Assembly (NCBI GenBank): GCA_963826115.1
Contig: CAWGVS010000005.1
Span: 1,856,001-1,920,000, forward strand
Origin: an uncultured Candidatus Rokubacteria bacterium
GTDB taxonomy: Bacteria > Methylomirabilota > Methylomirabilia > Rokubacteriales > DASRDR01
Length of the DNA: 64,000 nt
Reading direction: 5' to 3'
The stretch's first letter is position 1. Each line of letters opens with the position of its first letter. Below the pieces are notes generated by a model that was not told where the DNA came from, made no database searches, and worked only from the letters and a program-made list of their open reading frames with translations. Both the position numbers and the translations under genes were made by a program. Below are positions 21,434-32,681 of this stretch, piece after piece.

Positions 21434-22773
21434 CGGACCCCTTCCTCGGCCTGCCCGGGCTCGGCGGTGACCGCCTCGACGGCCGGCGGCTCCACGATCT
21501 CCTCCGCCGCCCGCGCGGCCAGCCACGCCTCGGCGCCAGCGAGAACCCCCTCGGCCCTCGGCGCCTCGGCGCCCAGCACCTCGCGCAGGCGCTCGAGCCC
21601 GGCCGACCGGATCCGCGCCGGCGAGTGAAGCCCGTGCTCCTGGAGGCGAGCCCCCAGCTCCGCACCGATCTCGGCGATGTCGGCGAAGGCCGCGAGGCCG
21701 GTGGTTCGCTCCTCCTCGTGACGACGACGCTCCTCCGCCAGCTCGGACTCGCTCTTGACGTCCACGCGGAGCCCCGTCAGCTTCGCCGCGAGCCGCGCAT
21801 TCTGCCCCTTCTTCCCGATGGCTAGCGAGAGCTGGCTGTCCGGGACGACGACCTGGGCGGTGCGCTCCTCGCCCTCCCCCGCGATCGTGACCGAGCTGAC
21901 CTTGGCCGGTGACAGGGCGCGCGCGACGAGCGTGGCCGGGTCATCCGACCACTCGATGATGTCGATCTTCTCCCCGCGCAGCTCCTTCACGATGACCTGG
22001 ATCCGCGTCCCGCGGAGGCCGACGCACGCGCCGATGGGATCGATGTCCCGCTTGGTGGACGCCACCGCGAGCTTGGCGCGCTCGCCTGGCTCCCGCGCGG
22101 CGCCGCGCACCTGGACGATGCCCTCGGCAATTTCCGGGATCTCCGTCTCGAAGAGGCGGACGAGGAAGCCCGGATGCGCCCGGGACAGCACCACCTGCGG
22201 GCCCTTGGGCGTGTTGCGGACTTCCATGATGTACGCCCGCACGCGGTCCCCGGCCATGTAGCGCTCACCGGGAATCTGCTCCCGCTCGGGCAGCACGGCC
22301 TCGGTCCGGCCCATGTCGAGGATCACCGTGCGCTTCTCGATGCGGTGCACGAGCGCCCGCACGAGCGTCCCCTCGCGGTCCTTGTACTCCGAGAAGATGC
22401 CCTGGCGCTCGGCCTCGCGGACGCGCTGCAGGATCACCTGCTTGGCGGTCTGGGCGGCGATCCGGCCGAGCTCCTTCATCTCGAGGTCGACCTCGATCAG
22501 GTCCTCGAGCTGGGCGCCGGGCTTGAGCCGGCGCGCCTCGTCGAGGCTCATCTCGAGCTTCGGGTCGGTCACCCGCTCGACCACCCGCTTCTCGGCGAAG
22601 ACCCGGATCGCCCCGGTCTCGCGATCGAGCGTGAGCCGGGTGTTGTCGCCCACGCCCATCGTCCGTTTCGACGCGGACAGGAGCGCGGACTCCAGCGCCT
22701 CGAAGAGGACCTCGGTCGCGATCCCCTTCTCGCGCCCCACCTGCTCGATCGCCAGCTTGAGCTCGCGGTTCAT
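21430..22773 (-). CDS. nusA: Transcription termination/antitermination factor NusA
   Basis: GRIAAQTAKQVI, AREPGERAK, DPIGACVG, LSLAIGKKGQNARLA. Confidence 0.98.
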   Translation of the reverse strand: MNRELKLAIEQVGREKGIATEVLFEALESALLSASKRTMGVGDNTRLTLDRETGAIRVFAEKRVVERVTDPKLEMSLDEARRLKPGAQLEDLIEVDLEMKELGRIAAQTAKQVILQRVREAERQGIFSEYKDREGTLVRALVHRIEKRTVILDMGRTEAVLPEREQIPGERYMAGDRVRAYIMEVRNTPKGPQVVLSRAHPGFLVRLFETEIPEIAEGIVQVRGAAREPGERAKLAVASTKRDIDPIGACVGLRGTRIQVIVKELRGEKIDIIEWSDDPATLVARALSPAKVSSVTIAGEGEERTAQVVVPDSQLSLAIGKKGQNARLAAKLTGLRVDVKSESELAEERRRHEEERTTGLAAFADIAEIGAELGARLQEHGLHSPARIRSAGLERLREVLGAEAPRAEGVLAGAEAWLAARAAEEIVEPPAVEAVTAEPGQAEEGVR

Positions 22774-23276
22774 CCCGCTCTCCCGGAAGCGCCCGGAGCC
22801 TCGGCCGGCTCCACCTCGAGGCGCACCTTGGCCACGGAGCTCCGCGCGACGCGCTGGGAGCCGGCGGGGGTGGCGAGGGTCAGCGCCTCGCGGTCCACGT
22901 GGGCGAGCCGCCCCGAGAGCTCCCGGCGCCCGTCCACAGGGTCGCGCGTCCAGACCCGGACCAGCCGCCCCGTCCCCCACTGGAGCTCGCGGTCCTTGCG
23001 GAGCTCGCGGTCGAGGCCCGGCGACGAGACCTCCAGGTCGTAGCTCGTCCGGACGAGGTTCGAGACGTCGATCAGGTCCCCGACCTCGTGCGACAGCTCC
23101 TGGCATTCGCCGACCGTGACGCCACCCGGCTTGTCCACGTAGACCCGCACCGCCGCCCGCCGGCCGTTGCTCCGGACATCGAGGTCCACGAGGGTCAGGC
23201 CGCGGGCCTGGACAGCCGGGAGCACGACGGTCTCCACCGCCGCCTCCAGCCCTGCCAGGTCGGTGCCTACCGTCAC
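22770..23276 (-). CDS. rimP: Ribosome maturation factor RimP
   Basis: VRVYVDKPGGVT...YDLEVSSPGLDR. GTG start after GGAGGAGG; an in-frame ATG at 23297 is an alternative start. Confidence 0.95.
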   Translation of the reverse strand: MTVGTDLAGLEAAVETVVLPAVQARGLTLVDLDVRSNGRRAAVRVYVDKPGGVTVGECQELSHEVGDLIDVSNLVRTSYDLEVSSPGLDRELRKDRELQWGTGRLVRVWTRDPVDGRRELSGRLAHVDREALTLATPAGSQRVARSSVAKVRLEVEPAEAPGASGRAG

Positions 23277-23309
23277 GTCCCCTCCTCCGCTTCCCATCGG
23301 TGTCCATGA

Positions 23310-23339
23310 ACAAAAAAGTGGGCCGCGCCCACTTTTTGT
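23310..23339 (-). ncRNA. rimP leader (terminator-like hairpin)
   Basis: ACAAAAAGTGGGC-loop-GCCCACTTTTTTGT, just downstream of a TATACT -10 (23354-23349) and upstream of rimP. Resembles the known rimP leader motif. Confidence 0.8.
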
Positions 23340-23398
23340 CAGCCGCTTAGTATACCCCGAGATGCGGAGTCGAGGAACCCCTCGGGGTCTTCGAGAGC

Positions 23399-25102
23399 CT
23401 AGAGGTCGGCGGTCAGGCTCCGCTCGAGGTCCCGGACGGCGGCCACCACCCCGTCCGGCGAGACCGCGACGTCCTGTCGATCCCGCCGGGTCCGTACCTC
23501 GACCTTCCCTTCCTTGCCGAGGAGCGCGCCGACGGTCACGCGGACCGGGAGGCCGAGGAGGTCGGCGTCCTTGAACTTCACCCCGGGCCGCTCTTCGCGG
23601 TCGTCCAGGATCGCATCGAGCCCGGCCGCGCCGAGATCGCGGTAGATCCGCTCCGCCATCTCCCGGACCGGCTGCTGCTTGGGGTTCACGGGGAGCACGT
23701 GCACGCGGGCGGGCGCGATGGACCAGGGCCACACGATGCCGTCCGCGTCGTGACGCTGCTCGATGGCCGAAGCGACGATCCGCGCGGGACCGATGCCGTA
23801 ACATCCCATGACGATCGGATGCGCCTGTCCCTGCTCGTCAAGGTACGTCGCGCCGAGCTTGGCCGAGTACCGGGTCCCAAGCTTGAAGATGTTCCCGACC
23901 TCGATGACTTGCTCCACGACGAGCGGCGCGCCGCAGGACGGGCAGCCGTCCCCCGCCTGCGCGAGGTGAAGGTCGGCGTGGCGGGCGGCGAAGTCCCGAC
24001 CCGGCCGGACGCCGCGGTAGTGCACGCCCTCACGGTTGGCGCCAGCGACGTACGCCCCCTCGCCCAGCACCTCGTCCGCCACGATCGGCACGGACGCGTT
24101 CACGGGGCCCACCGAGCCGACCGGCGCGCCGAGGGCGTCCCGCACCTCGTCGGGGTGGGCGGAACGCACCTCACCCCCTAGGAGCCGCGCGAGCTTCTTC
24201 TCGTGGAGCTGCTGGTCACCACGGACCAGCGCCAGCACCGGTCCGGTCGGCCCTTGGTAGAGGAGGCTCTTGATCGTGTGGGCCGGTGGCACCCCCAGGA
24301 GCTGGCAGATCTCGGTGATCGTGCGCACCCCCGGCGTGGAGACCTCGTCACGGGGCCCGGCGGGAAACGCCGGTGCCGCCGGGGGCCGGGACCGCGCGAG
24401 CTCGACGTTCGCCGCGTAGCCGCACGCCGGGCACCGTGCGATCTCGTCCTCGCCCGCCCGGCTCGGCGCCATGAACTCGTGGGCGCCCGCCCCACCCATC
24501 ATCCCGACGTCGGACTCCACGACGTGGAAGGCGAGCCCGGACCGCTTGAAGATCCGGTTGTAGGCTTCCTTCTGCCGCTCGTACGCGACGTCCAGGCCGG
24601 CGTCGTCGGCGTCCAGCGTGTAGGCGTCCTTCATCCAGAATTCGCGCGTCCGGAGGACCCCGGAGCGCGGCCGCGCCTCGTCCCGCTCCTTGATCTGGAT
24701 CTGGTACCAGACCTGGGGAAGCTCCCGGTACGAGCGGATCTCCTTGGCGGCGAGCCAGGCCACGACTTCCTCGTGCGTCATCCCGAGGCACATGTCGCGG
24801 CCGTGGCGGTCCTTGAGCCGGAACATCTCGTCCTTGATGTCGTACCAGCGGCCCGACTGCTGCCAGAGCTCCGCGGGTTGGAGCACCGGCATCGTGATCT
24901 CCTGGCCGCCGATTCCGTTCATCTCCTCGCGGATGATGGCGTTCACCTTGTCGATCGCCCGCTGGCCGAGGGGCAGGTACACGTACACCCCCGCGGTGAG
25001 CTGCCGCACCAGGCCGGCGCGGACCATCAGCCGGTGGCTCTGCGCCTCGGCGTCCGCGGGGTCCTCGCGGAGGGTCGGGATGAACGACGTGGTCCAGCGC
25101 AT
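23399..25102 (-). CDS. proS: Proline--tRNA ligase (bacterial type with INS editing domain)
   Basis: PTLREDPADAE, WQQSGRW, RDEARPRSG..R.REF.MKDAY, EVGNIFKLGT, MGCYGIG. Confidence 0.97.
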   Translation of the reverse strand: MRWTTSFIPTLREDPADAEAQSHRLMVRAGLVRQLTAGVYVYLPLGQRAIDKVNAIIREEMNGIGGQEITMPVLQPAELWQQSGRWYDIKDEMFRLKDRHGRDMCLGMTHEEVVAWLAAKEIRSYRELPQVWYQIQIKERDEARPRSGVLRTREFWMKDAYTLDADDAGLDVAYERQKEAYNRIFKRSGLAFHVVESDVGMMGGAGAHEFMAPSRAGEDEIARCPACGYAANVELARSRPPAAPAFPAGPRDEVSTPGVRTITEICQLLGVPPAHTIKSLLYQGPTGPVLALVRGDQQLHEKKLARLLGGEVRSAHPDEVRDALGAPVGSVGPVNASVPIVADEVLGEGAYVAGANREGVHYRGVRPGRDFAARHADLHLAQAGDGCPSCGAPLVVEQVIEVGNIFKLGTRYSAKLGATYLDEQGQAHPIVMGCYGIGPARIVASAIEQRHDADGIVWPWSIAPARVHVLPVNPKQQPVREMAERIYRDLGAAGLDAILDDREERPGVKFKDADLLGLPVRVTVGALLGKEGKVEVRTRRDRQDVAVSPDGVVAAVRDLERSLTADL

Positions 25103-25151
25103 GGCCTAGCTCCCTCGGATCAGGGCGCGGCGGAGCGGACCGCCGTGGGGG

Positions 25152-25487
25152 TCAGTGCGACGCCTTGGAGACGACGTTCGGGCCCGGCTTGCCCGGGCGG
25201 TAGAGCAGCCGCTCGACGGGCTTGCCGTCGATCAGGTGAGACTGGACGATCTCGGCCACGTCCTCCGCGCGGGCGACGGAGTACCAGACGTTCTCGGGGT
25301 ACACCACGATCATCGGCCCGTTCCCGCACTGGGAAAAGCAGCCGGACTTGTTGATCCGGATCTCCTGGTGGAGGCCCGCCCTCGCGATCTCGGCGCGCAT
25401 CGCCTTGACGTAGCCTTCGGTGTCGCCCTGGGTCGGGCACGTGCCGCCCGTGGTGCAGACGAAGACGTGCCGCTCGTACTGGCCCAT
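25152..25487 (-). CDS. Thioredoxin-like [2Fe-2S] ferredoxin
   Basis: HVFVCT...C...RINKSGCFSQCGNGP..VVYPENVWY...EIVQSHL..G.PVERL. Confidence 0.9.
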   Translation of the reverse strand: MGQYERHVFVCTTGGTCPTQGDTEGYVKAMRAEIARAGLHQEIRINKSGCFSQCGNGPMIVVYPENVWYSVARAEDVAEIVQSHLIDGKPVERLLYRPGKPGPNVVSKASH

Positions 25488-25490
25488 CGT

Positions 25491-26972
25491 CTAGCGGAAC
25501 AGCTTCCCGACCGGGGGCAGGAGTCGGGTGAGGTCGTTGAACAGCGCGAACACCATCAGGAGCAGGAGCAGCGCGAGCCCGATCTGCTGGGCGATCTCCC
25601 GTTTCCGGAGCGATAGGGGCCGGCCCAGCACCGCCTCGATGGCGAAGAAGAGGAGGTGCCCGCCGTCCAGCATCGGGACCGGCAGGAGGTTCAGGATCGC
25701 CAGGTTCACGCTGATCAGCGCCACGAAGAACGCGTACGAGACCAGTCCCTGCTGCGCCTGCTGACCCGCCACCATGGTGATCTGGAGCGGGCCCCCGATG
25801 TTGGAGGCCGGGATGGTCCCGGTGGCGAGCTTCCAGATGGACACCGCGGTGATCGCGGTGACGTCCCAGGTCCGCGCCACGCCGCGGGCGACCGCCGTCA
25901 CGGGATCCGACCGCTTGAAGGACTGCGACGTCGCCGTGGCGATGCCGATGCGCCCGACCTTCGTCTCGTTGCCGAGCGCGTCGCGCTCGACCTCCACCTT
26001 CGGAGTGACGGAGATGTCCATCTGCGACCCGCCACGCTCGACCCGGAGCGTGAGGGTTTCCTCGGCCCGCGCCGAGATCGTCTCCGCCAGCTCGTCCCAC
26101 GTCTCGACCGGCTGTCCGTTGAGCGCCACGATCCGGTCGCGGGGCTGCAGCCCCGCCTCGGCCGCCGGCATGCCCGGACGTACCTCGCCCACGACCGGCG
26201 GCAGGTACGGGCGCGCCCCGATGCTCCACGCCTCCGCCGGCTCGTTGAACGGGGTCCGCACCGGCACCTTGCGCGGGGTCACGGTGACGTTCTGCCGCGC
26301 GCCGTCCCGCACGATGGTGAGGGCGAGGGGCTGACCGTTGGCGCGGATCACCGCTTCCTCGATCTCGCCCCAGTGCTCGATCGGCTTCCCGTCGATGGAT
26401 ACCACCTGGTCGCGAGGGCGGAGCCCGGCCTGCGCGGCGGAGGAATCGGCGGTCACCCGCCCGATCGTCGGCTCGAGGACCGGCACGCCGACGGCGGCGA
26501 ACACGACGGAGAAGATCGCGGCCGCGAGAACGAAGTTCATGCCGGGCCCGGCGAACACGATCAGCGCGCGGGCCCAGAGCGGCTTCGTCGAGAACGACTT
26601 GGCCGGATCCGTCGGCGGCGTTTCGGTCGCCGGGTGGATGGCATCCTCCCCGTGCGCCTCCTCACCCATCATCTTCACGTAGCCGCCGAGGGGCACGATC
26701 GAGACGCAGTACTCCGTCTCGCCGCGGCGGAACCAGAAGATGCGGGGCCCGAAGCCGAGGGAGAACCGCTCGACCCCGACGCCCATCGCCTTGGCCACCA
26801 GGAAATGCCCGAGCTCGTGGATGAAGATGAGGGCGCCCAGGGCAACCACCGCGCTCACGACGTAGTCGAACGCCCCGCCCAAGAGCATGCTGCCGAACGA
26901 GCCGTCGGCGAGGAGAACCCCGCCGGTCGCCCCCGTCAGGGCCCGCGTCCAGCGTCTCACCGGCGCCCCCAT
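25491..26972 (-). CDS. rseP: RIP metalloprotease RseP (two PDZ domains)
   Basis: FIHELGHF, PLGGYVKM, AGPGMN, NLLPVPMLDGG. Start uncertain (26972 overlaps the dxr stop). Confidence 0.94.
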   Translation of the reverse strand: MGAPVRRWTRALTGATGGVLLADGSFGSMLLGGAFDYVVSAVVALGALIFIHELGHFLVAKAMGVGVERFSLGFGPRIFWFRRGETEYCVSIVPLGGYVKMMGEEAHGEDAIHPATETPPTDPAKSFSTKPLWARALIVFAGPGMNFVLAAAIFSVVFAAVGVPVLEPTIGRVTADSSAAQAGLRPRDQVVSIDGKPIEHWGEIEEAVIRANGQPLALTIVRDGARQNVTVTPRKVPVRTPFNEPAEAWSIGARPYLPPVVGEVRPGMPAAEAGLQPRDRIVALNGQPVETWDELAETISARAEETLTLRVERGGSQMDISVTPKVEVERDALGNETKVGRIGIATATSQSFKRSDPVTAVARGVARTWDVTAITAVSIWKLATGTIPASNIGGPLQITMVAGQQAQQGLVSYAFFVALISVNLAILNLLPVPMLDGGHLLFFAIEAVLGRPLSLRKREIAQQIGLALLLLLMVFALFNDLTRLLPPVGKLFR

Positions 26973-28150
26973 CAGCGGCGCGCCGCCCCGGCCGGGACCG
27001 CGCCGAGCGCGGCCTCGGTGGAGCGCCGCACCACGCCGTCGAGCGCGAGGCAGGCGTCGAGGTCGTCCGCGGCCGCGCCGGCATGGACGTCGAGCGCCTC
27101 CCCGATCAGACGCGGCACGTCCATGAAGCCGCACCGTCCCGCGAGGAACGCGGCGACCGCGACCTCGTTCGCCGCGTTCAGGACCAGCGGGGCCGCGCCG
27201 CCCGCACGCCCCGCCTGGCGGGCCAGCGCGAGGCACGGGAACGCCGTCTCGTCGGGCGCCTCGAACGTCAGGGTGGCGCGCTCGATCAGGTCCAGCGCGG
27301 GCGCGGGGCACGGGAGGCGATCGGGGTACGTGAGCGCATACAGGATCGGGATCCCCATGTCCGGCATGCCGAGCTGGGCGAGGACGGAGCGGTCGACGAA
27401 CTCCACCATCGAGTGGACGATCGACTGAGGGTGCACGACCACGTCGATCCGCTCGAACGAGACTCCGAAGAGCCAGTGGGCCTCCAGGACCTCGAGGCCC
27501 TTGTTCATGAGCGTCGCGGAGTCGATCGTGATCTTCGCGCCCATGCGCCACGTCGGGTGCCGGAGGGCCTGCTCGACCGTCACCCGCTCCAGGTCCGCGC
27601 GCGACCAGCCGCGGAACGGGCCGCCCGACGCGGTCAGCACGAGCCGCCGGACCTCGCGCGGCGCTGCCCCCGCGAGGCACTGGAACAGCGCGCTGTGCTC
27701 CGAGTCCACCGGGAGCACGCGCACGCCGTGCTCGCGCGCCGCGCGGGTCATCAGCGCGCCGGCCATCACGAGCGTCTCCTTGTTGGCGAGCGCGATCGTC
27801 CGGCCCGCGCGGATCGCGGCGAGCGTGGGCACGAGGCCCGCGGCGCCGACGAGCGCCGAGACGACGACGTCCGCCGGGACGTCGGACGCGACCGCCGCCA
27901 GGCCCTCGAGCCCGCTCAGGAGCTCGGGCCGGGGCGCGGGAAGCTCCCGTGCCAGGCGATCCACGGCCGCGCGGTCGAGCAGGGCGACCGCGGTCGGGTG
28001 ATACGCCTTGATCTGCTCCGCCACCAGCCCGACGTCAGAGCCGCGGGCGGCCAGCCCGCCGACGCGGAACTGGTCCGGGAACGCCGCGATCAGGTCGAGG
28101 GTGCGGCGGCCGATCGATCCGGTCGCCCCGAGCACCGTGACGGTCTTCAC
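26972..28150 (-). CDS. dxr: 1-deoxy-D-xylulose-5-phosphate reductoisomerase
   Basis: LGATGSIG, ALANKE, PVDSEHSA, HPTWRMGAKITIDSATLMNKGLE. Confidence 0.98.
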   Translation of the reverse strand: MKTVTVLGATGSIGRRTLDLIAAFPDQFRVGGLAARGSDVGLVAEQIKAYHPTAVALLDRAAVDRLARELPAPRPELLSGLEGLAAVASDVPADVVVSALVGAAGLVPTLAAIRAGRTIALANKETLVMAGALMTRAAREHGVRVLPVDSEHSALFQCLAGAAPREVRRLVLTASGGPFRGWSRADLERVTVEQALRHPTWRMGAKITIDSATLMNKGLEVLEAHWLFGVSFERIDVVVHPQSIVHSMVEFVDRSVLAQLGMPDMGIPILYALTYPDRLPCPAPALDLIERATLTFEAPDETAFPCLALARQAGRAGGAAPLVLNAANEVAVAAFLAGRCGFMDVPRLIGEALDVHAGAAADDLDACLALDGVVRRSTEAALGAVPAGAARR

Positions 28151-28166
28151 GTGGGTAGTTGCGTCC

Positions 28167-28964
28167 TCAGCGTGGTCCGGTGAAGTAGAGCCAATAATAC
28201 AGGGCCGGGACGTTGAAGAGCAAGGAGTCGAGCCGGTCCAGGAGCCCGCCGTGGCCCGGAATCAGTCGCCCGGCGTCCTTGGCGCCCGCGCTCCGCTTCA
28301 GGAACGACTCGCTCAGGTCGCCGACCTGACCCACGACGCCCAGGAGGAGGCCGACGCCCACGGCCTCGGGAAGCGAGAGCCGGACGAGCGGCGCGCCGAC
28401 CACCGCCACCACGGCCGACACGACCACCTGCGCCGCGCCACCCTCGACGGTTTTGCCGGGCGACACCCGCGGCGCCAGCGGACGGCGGCCGAAACGGCGG
28501 CCCACGAAGTACGCGGCCGTTTCCCCGCACCACGTGATCCCGGCCACGAACAGGGTCAGCATCGCGCCGTCCGGCAGCGCGCGAAGCCAGATGGCGTGGC
28601 CGAGCAGCCAGGCGCAGTAGCAGACCCCGAGGAGCGTCAGCGTGAGCCCGGTCCACGCGCGCTCGGGCCCGACGTCGCGCCGGAGCCCGAGGGCAACGAC
28701 GACCACGACGGCCAGGGAGAGCGCGAGCGGGAGCAGTACCGGCCGGTTCGCGCCGAAGGCCAGCACGACCAGCGCGCCGAGGATCAGCCCGACGCCCGAG
28801 TCCGCCTCGACGCCGGCCGCCTGGAACATCCGGTACAGCTCGAGCTGCGCGCCCACGGCGAGCAGGAGCACGACGCCGGTGAAGAGCCAGGCCGGTCCCC
28901 AGAAGACGAGGGCGATGACGGCCGGGATGCCGACGAGGGCGCTCAGGAGCCGTTGCGCGAGCAC
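28167..28964 (-). CDS. cdsA: Phosphatidate cytidylyltransferase
   Basis: SPGKTVEG, GDLSESFLKR...KD.G.LIPGHGGLLDRLDS. Confidence 0.96.
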   Translation of the reverse strand: MLAQRLLSALVGIPAVIALVFWGPAWLFTGVVLLLAVGAQLELYRMFQAAGVEADSGVGLILGALVVLAFGANRPVLLPLALSLAVVVVVALGLRRDVGPERAWTGLTLTLLGVCYCAWLLGHAIWLRALPDGAMLTLFVAGITWCGETAAYFVGRRFGRRPLAPRVSPGKTVEGGAAQVVVSAVVAVVGAPLVRLSLPEAVGVGLLLGVVGQVGDLSESFLKRSAGAKDAGRLIPGHGGLLDRLDSLLFNVPALYYWLYFTGPR

Positions 28965-28994
28965 GGGCTCCGCGGCTCGGCGGCCGACGGCCGC

Positions 28995-29771
28995 CTACAG
29001 GCCCCCGAACCGACGAGAGCGGCGCTGGTACTCGGCGACCGCGCCGTAGAGGTCCCGGGGGGCGAAGTCGGGCCAGAAGACCGGCAGGACGAGGATCTCC
29101 GTGTACGCCACCTGCCACAGCAGGAAATTGGAGAGTCGATACTCGCCGCTGGTCCGGATCAGGAGGTCGGGATCGGGCACACCCGCGGTGTCGAGCGCCC
29201 CGGCGAGGCTCGCCTCGTCGATCGCCTCCGGGGCAAGCGTCCCCTGCGCCACCCGGTCCGCCAGGGTCCGGACCGCGCGCATCAGCTCCCGGCGGCCGCC
29301 GTAGTTGAGCGCCATCAGGAGCGTGAGGCCCGTGTTGGCCTCGGTCGCGCGGACGGCGCGCTCGACGCTCCGGCGAACGCCCGGGTCGAGGGTGGCAAGC
29401 TCCCCCAGCGTGCGGAGCCGGACGTTGTTGTCGAGCAGGCCCGGCAGCTCGGCGTCCACCGAGCTCTCGAGCAGCCGCATGAGGAAGCTCACCTCGGCCG
29501 CGGGCCGGGTCCAGTTCTCGGAGGAGAATGCGTACAGGGTCAGGTACTCGATGCCAAGGCGACCCGCGGCGCGCACCGTGTCGCGGGCGGCCCGGACGCC
29601 CTCCCGGTGACCGGCGACGCGAGGCAGGCCCCGCTGCCCGGCCCACCGCCCGTTGCCGTCCATGATCACTGCGACGTGCCGCGGCAGCGGCTGTCGCCGG
29701 ACCGCCTCCAAGAGGGCGGCCTCGTCGGCGACCACCGCGCCGGCGGCCGGACCGGGCGAGTCGGCCGTCAA
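28995..29771 (-). CDS. uppS: Undecaprenyl diphosphate synthase (cis-prenyltransferase)
   Basis: HVAVIMDGNGRWA, YAFSSENW, IRTSGEYRLSNFLLWQ. Start approximate (TTG overlapping the frr stop). Confidence 0.96.
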   Translation of the reverse strand: MTADSPGPAAGAVVADEAALLEAVRRQPLPRHVAVIMDGNGRWAGQRGLPRVAGHREGVRAARDTVRAAGRLGIEYLTLYAFSSENWTRPAAEVSFLMRLLESSVDAELPGLLDNNVRLRTLGELATLDPGVRRSVERAVRATEANTGLTLLMALNYGGRRELMRAVRTLADRVAQGTLAPEAIDEASLAGALDTAGVPDPDLLIRTSGEYRLSNFLLWQVAYTEILVLPVFWPDFAPRDLYGAVAEYQRRSRRFGGL

Positions 29772-30331
29772 AACTCCAGGATCTCCTGCTCCTTCTTCTT
29801 CAGGAGCTCGTCGACCTTCTGCGTACACCGGTCGGTGAGCTTCTGGAGCTCCGTCTCGCTCCGCCGCTCGTCGTCCTCCGCGATCTTCTTGTCCTTGAGG
29901 AGAGCCTTGATCTTCTCCTTCGCTTCGCGGCGCACGTTGCGGATCGCCACGCGGGAGTCCTCGGCCATCTTCCCGACCGACTTCGCCAGCTGCTTCCGCC
30001 GCTCCTCGTTCAGCGATGGGATCGTCAGGCGGATCGCCTTACCGTCGTTCGCTGGCGTGAGCCCGAGGTCGGACTTCTGGATGGCCTGCTCGATCTTCTT
30101 CATCGCGCTCTGGTCCCAGGGCTGGATCATCAGCGTCCGAGCGTCGGGCACCGAGATGCTGGCCACCTGGTTGAGCGGGGTCATGGTGTCGTAGTAATCG
30201 ACCCGGACGTGCTCCAGCAGCGCGGCGTTGGCCCGGCCGGTCCGCACCCCGGCGAACTCGCGGCCGAGCGCATCGAGGGCTCCCTGCATCCGGGTCTCGG
30301 CATCCTTCTGGACCGCTTGCGCCGTGTTCAT
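29768..30331 (-). CDS. frr: Ribosome recycling factor
   Basis: RTGRAN, IQKSDLGLTP.NDG, EERRK.L.K, RNVRR. Confidence 0.98.
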   Translation of the reverse strand: MNTAQAVQKDAETRMQGALDALGREFAGVRTGRANAALLEHVRVDYYDTMTPLNQVASISVPDARTLMIQPWDQSAMKKIEQAIQKSDLGLTPANDGKAIRLTIPSLNEERRKQLAKSVGKMAEDSRVAIRNVRREAKEKIKALLKDKKIAEDDERRSETELQKLTDRCTQKVDELLKKKEQEILEF

Positions 30332-30335
30332 CGCT

Positions 30336-31671
<1,336 letters not shown>

Positions 31672-31799
31672 GGTCCTCCGACTCCTTCTGTAACCCGTCC
31701 GAATGATCTGGCGGACGCCCGGTCCGGGTCGCTGACCCCGTTGCCGGCCGCCCGGCAAGTCCGGCGGCGTTCCCGCCGGACGGTCCGCCGCGACGCCTC

Positions 31800-32585
31800 T
31801 CAGACGCCGGTGGGCTGCTGCGCCTCGACGGCCTCCGCCTCTTCCGCGGCCGGCTCGTCCGCGTCGGCAACCGGCGCCTCGGCGTCCGCGCTGACCTTGG
31901 CAGACACCCCGCGTCCCTCGATGACCGCGTCGGCGATCCGCGACGTGATCAGCCGGATGGCCCGGATCGCGTCGTCGTTGCCGGGGATCGGATGGTCGAT
32001 GCCGCTGGGGTCGCAGTTCGTGTCCACGATCGCGATGATGGGGATCTGGAGCTTCTGCGCCTCGGCCACCGCGATCCGCTCCTTGCGCGGATCGATGATG
32101 TAGACCGCCGAGGGCAGGCCGTCCATCTGCTTGATCCCGAAGAGAGACTTCTCGAGTTTCCCGCGCTCCCGCTCGAGACCCGCCGCCTCCTTCTTGGTGA
32201 CGCGGTCGAACTCGCCGGTGTCCCGCATGTCCTCGAGGCGCTTCAGGTGATTGATCGACTTCCGGATGGTGGTGAAGTTCGTGAGCGTGCCGCCGAGCCA
32301 GCGCTGGTTCACGTAGAACATCCCGCAGCGCGCTGCCTCGTCGGCGATCGTCTCCTGCGCCTGCTTCTTGGTGCCGACGAACAGGAGCGTGCCGCCGTTG
32401 GCCGCCAGGTCGCGCGCGAACACCTGCGCGTCGCGGAACTTCTTGAGCGTCTTCTGGAGGTCGATGATGTAGATGCCGTTGCGCTCACCGAAGATGTACT
32501 TCGCCATCTTCGGGTTCCAGCGCTTGGTCTGATGGCCGAAGTGGACCCCGGCCTCGAGGAGCTCCTTCATGGTGATCTGAGCCAT
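31800..32585 (-). CDS. rpsB: 30S ribosomal protein S2
   Basis: [33 protein letters not shown]. Confidence 0.99.
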   Translation of the reverse strand: MAQITMKELLEAGVHFGHQTKRWNPKMAKYIFGERNGIYIIDLQKTLKKFRDAQVFARDLAANGGTLLFVGTKKQAQETIADEAARCGMFYVNQRWLGGTLTNFTTIRKSINHLKRLEDMRDTGEFDRVTKKEAAGLERERGKLEKSLFGIKQMDGLPSAVYIIDPRKERIAVAEAQKLQIPIIAIVDTNCDPSGIDHPIPGNDDAIRAIRLITSRIADAVIEGRGVSAKVSADAEAPVADADEPAAEEAEAVEAQQPTGV

Positions 32586-32599
32586 CGCGGGTGGTTCCT

Positions 32600-32680
32600 C
32601 CCGGTCGGTTCGCCTCCGCGCTCCCGGCGGTCCCCGGCGTCGCCGCGGCCCACCACCGACCCTGGAGCGCGTGTGTGGTA
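32600..32680 (-). ncRNA. rpsB (S2 / t44-like) autoregulatory leader
   Basis: Minus strand ACACACGCGCTCC...GGAGCGCGGAGGCGAACC, the ACAC/stem/GGAGG..AACC pattern of S2 leaders, directly upstream of rpsB. Confidence 0.72.
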
Positions 32681-32681
32681 G

